A DNA stretch of 34,624 bases from Rhodocyclaceae bacterium (GTDB lineage Bacteria; Pseudomonadota; Gammaproteobacteria; Burkholderiales; Rhodocyclaceae): positions 1-34,624 of the forward strand of contig DATETD010000466.1 in assembly GCA_035283885.1 (NCBI GenBank), read 5' to 3'. Of this stretch, positions 34,379-34,624 are shown in pieces. The notes below the pieces were generated by a model that saw only the letters and a list, made by a program, of their open reading frames with translations, ran no database searches and was not told the DNA's origin. Position 1 is the stretch's first letter. Each line of letters begins with the position of its first letter. Position numbers and translations under genes: made by a program.

Positions 34379-34624
34379 ATGTACACCGCACAGGGCGTAC
34401 TTACCAAAGACAAGCTGGTTTCCCGATACGCGCCCCTCGTCAAGCGGGTCGCTTTTCATTTGATGGCTAAACTCCCGGCGAGCATCGATGTCGACGATCT
34501 TATTCAGAATGGCATGATCGGCTTGTTGGACGCGATGGATCGATATGAGGAGGGCTTAGGCGCGCAATTCGAGACGTATGCCGTGCAACGGGTGCGCGGC
34601 GCTATGCTGGATGGTTTGCGTGAG
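34379..34624 (+). CDS. fliA: Flagellar sigma factor FliA (sigma28), 3'-truncated at the window edge
   Basis: It is not in the ORF track because it is open-ended. Manual translation from the ATG at 34379 gives MYTAQGVLTKDKLVSRYAPLVKRVAFHLMAKLPASIDVDDLIQNGMIGLLDAMDRYEEGLGAQFETYAVQRVRGAMLDGLRE. This is collinear with E. coli FliA region 2 (TYAVQRIRGAMLDELR). Confidence 0.9.
   Translation, partial: MYTAQGVLTKDKLVSRYAPLVKRVAFHLMAKLPASIDVDDLIQNGMIGLLDAMDRYEEGLGAQFETYAVQRVRGAMLDGLRE

Noticed and set aside
1-34624. A search by eye for CRISPR arrays, tRNA or rRNA genes, IS elements, transposases, integrases, toxin-antitoxin pairs and defence-system genes.
   Set aside because: None was seen. Every ORF longer than 100 aa on the + strand is accounted for by decarboxylase, motor, chemotaxis or flagellar export families. 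The only repeats found are the 22-nt element, the 21-nt cheA duplication and the protein-level motif arrays.

Overview
The window is one co-directional block of 28 genes, all on the + strand. I saw no rRNA or tRNA genes, no CRISPR array and no transposase or integrase genes. The 5' end (2-2753) is a four-gene Na+-translocating acyl-CoA decarboxylase operon: carboxyltransferase, OadG-like subunit, biotin carrier and OadB-like pump. The rest is a flagellar motor and chemotaxis supercluster. It starts with motA-motB. Module 1 is short MCP-cheY-cheA-cheW, three large PAS-containing MCPs, then cheR-cheD-cheB; this is the order seen in betaproteobacterial F7 and P. aeruginosa Che2-type clusters. Module 2 is a STAS protein, a short MCP, cheV-cheV-cheY-cheZ and a P2-less cheA. 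Then come flhB-flhA-flhF-flhG and the 5' end of fliA. The gene order plus flhF/flhG suggests a polar-flagellated beta- or gammaproteobacterium, but that is inference only. Six observations stand out. (1) CheZ has a ~185-aa N-terminal extension carrying five tandem copies of an acidic DLQxLFDSVAA motif that resembles its own CheY-docking C-terminus. (2) The CheA1 linker carries three [YF]GFF motifs. (3) Two or three MCPs combine an Aer-type PAS, a periplasmic sensor and an Aer2-type PAS; one paralog has lost the putative heme-ligand His. (4) The FlhG homolog has both Walker-A lysines replaced but keeps the N-terminal DQAxxLR FlhF-activator motif. (5) A 22-nt intergenic element occurs five times, in both orientations. 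(6) An orphan STAS protein and a second Che module without CheW, CheR or CheB sit between cheB and flhB. No database search was possible, so novelty is unverified throughout.
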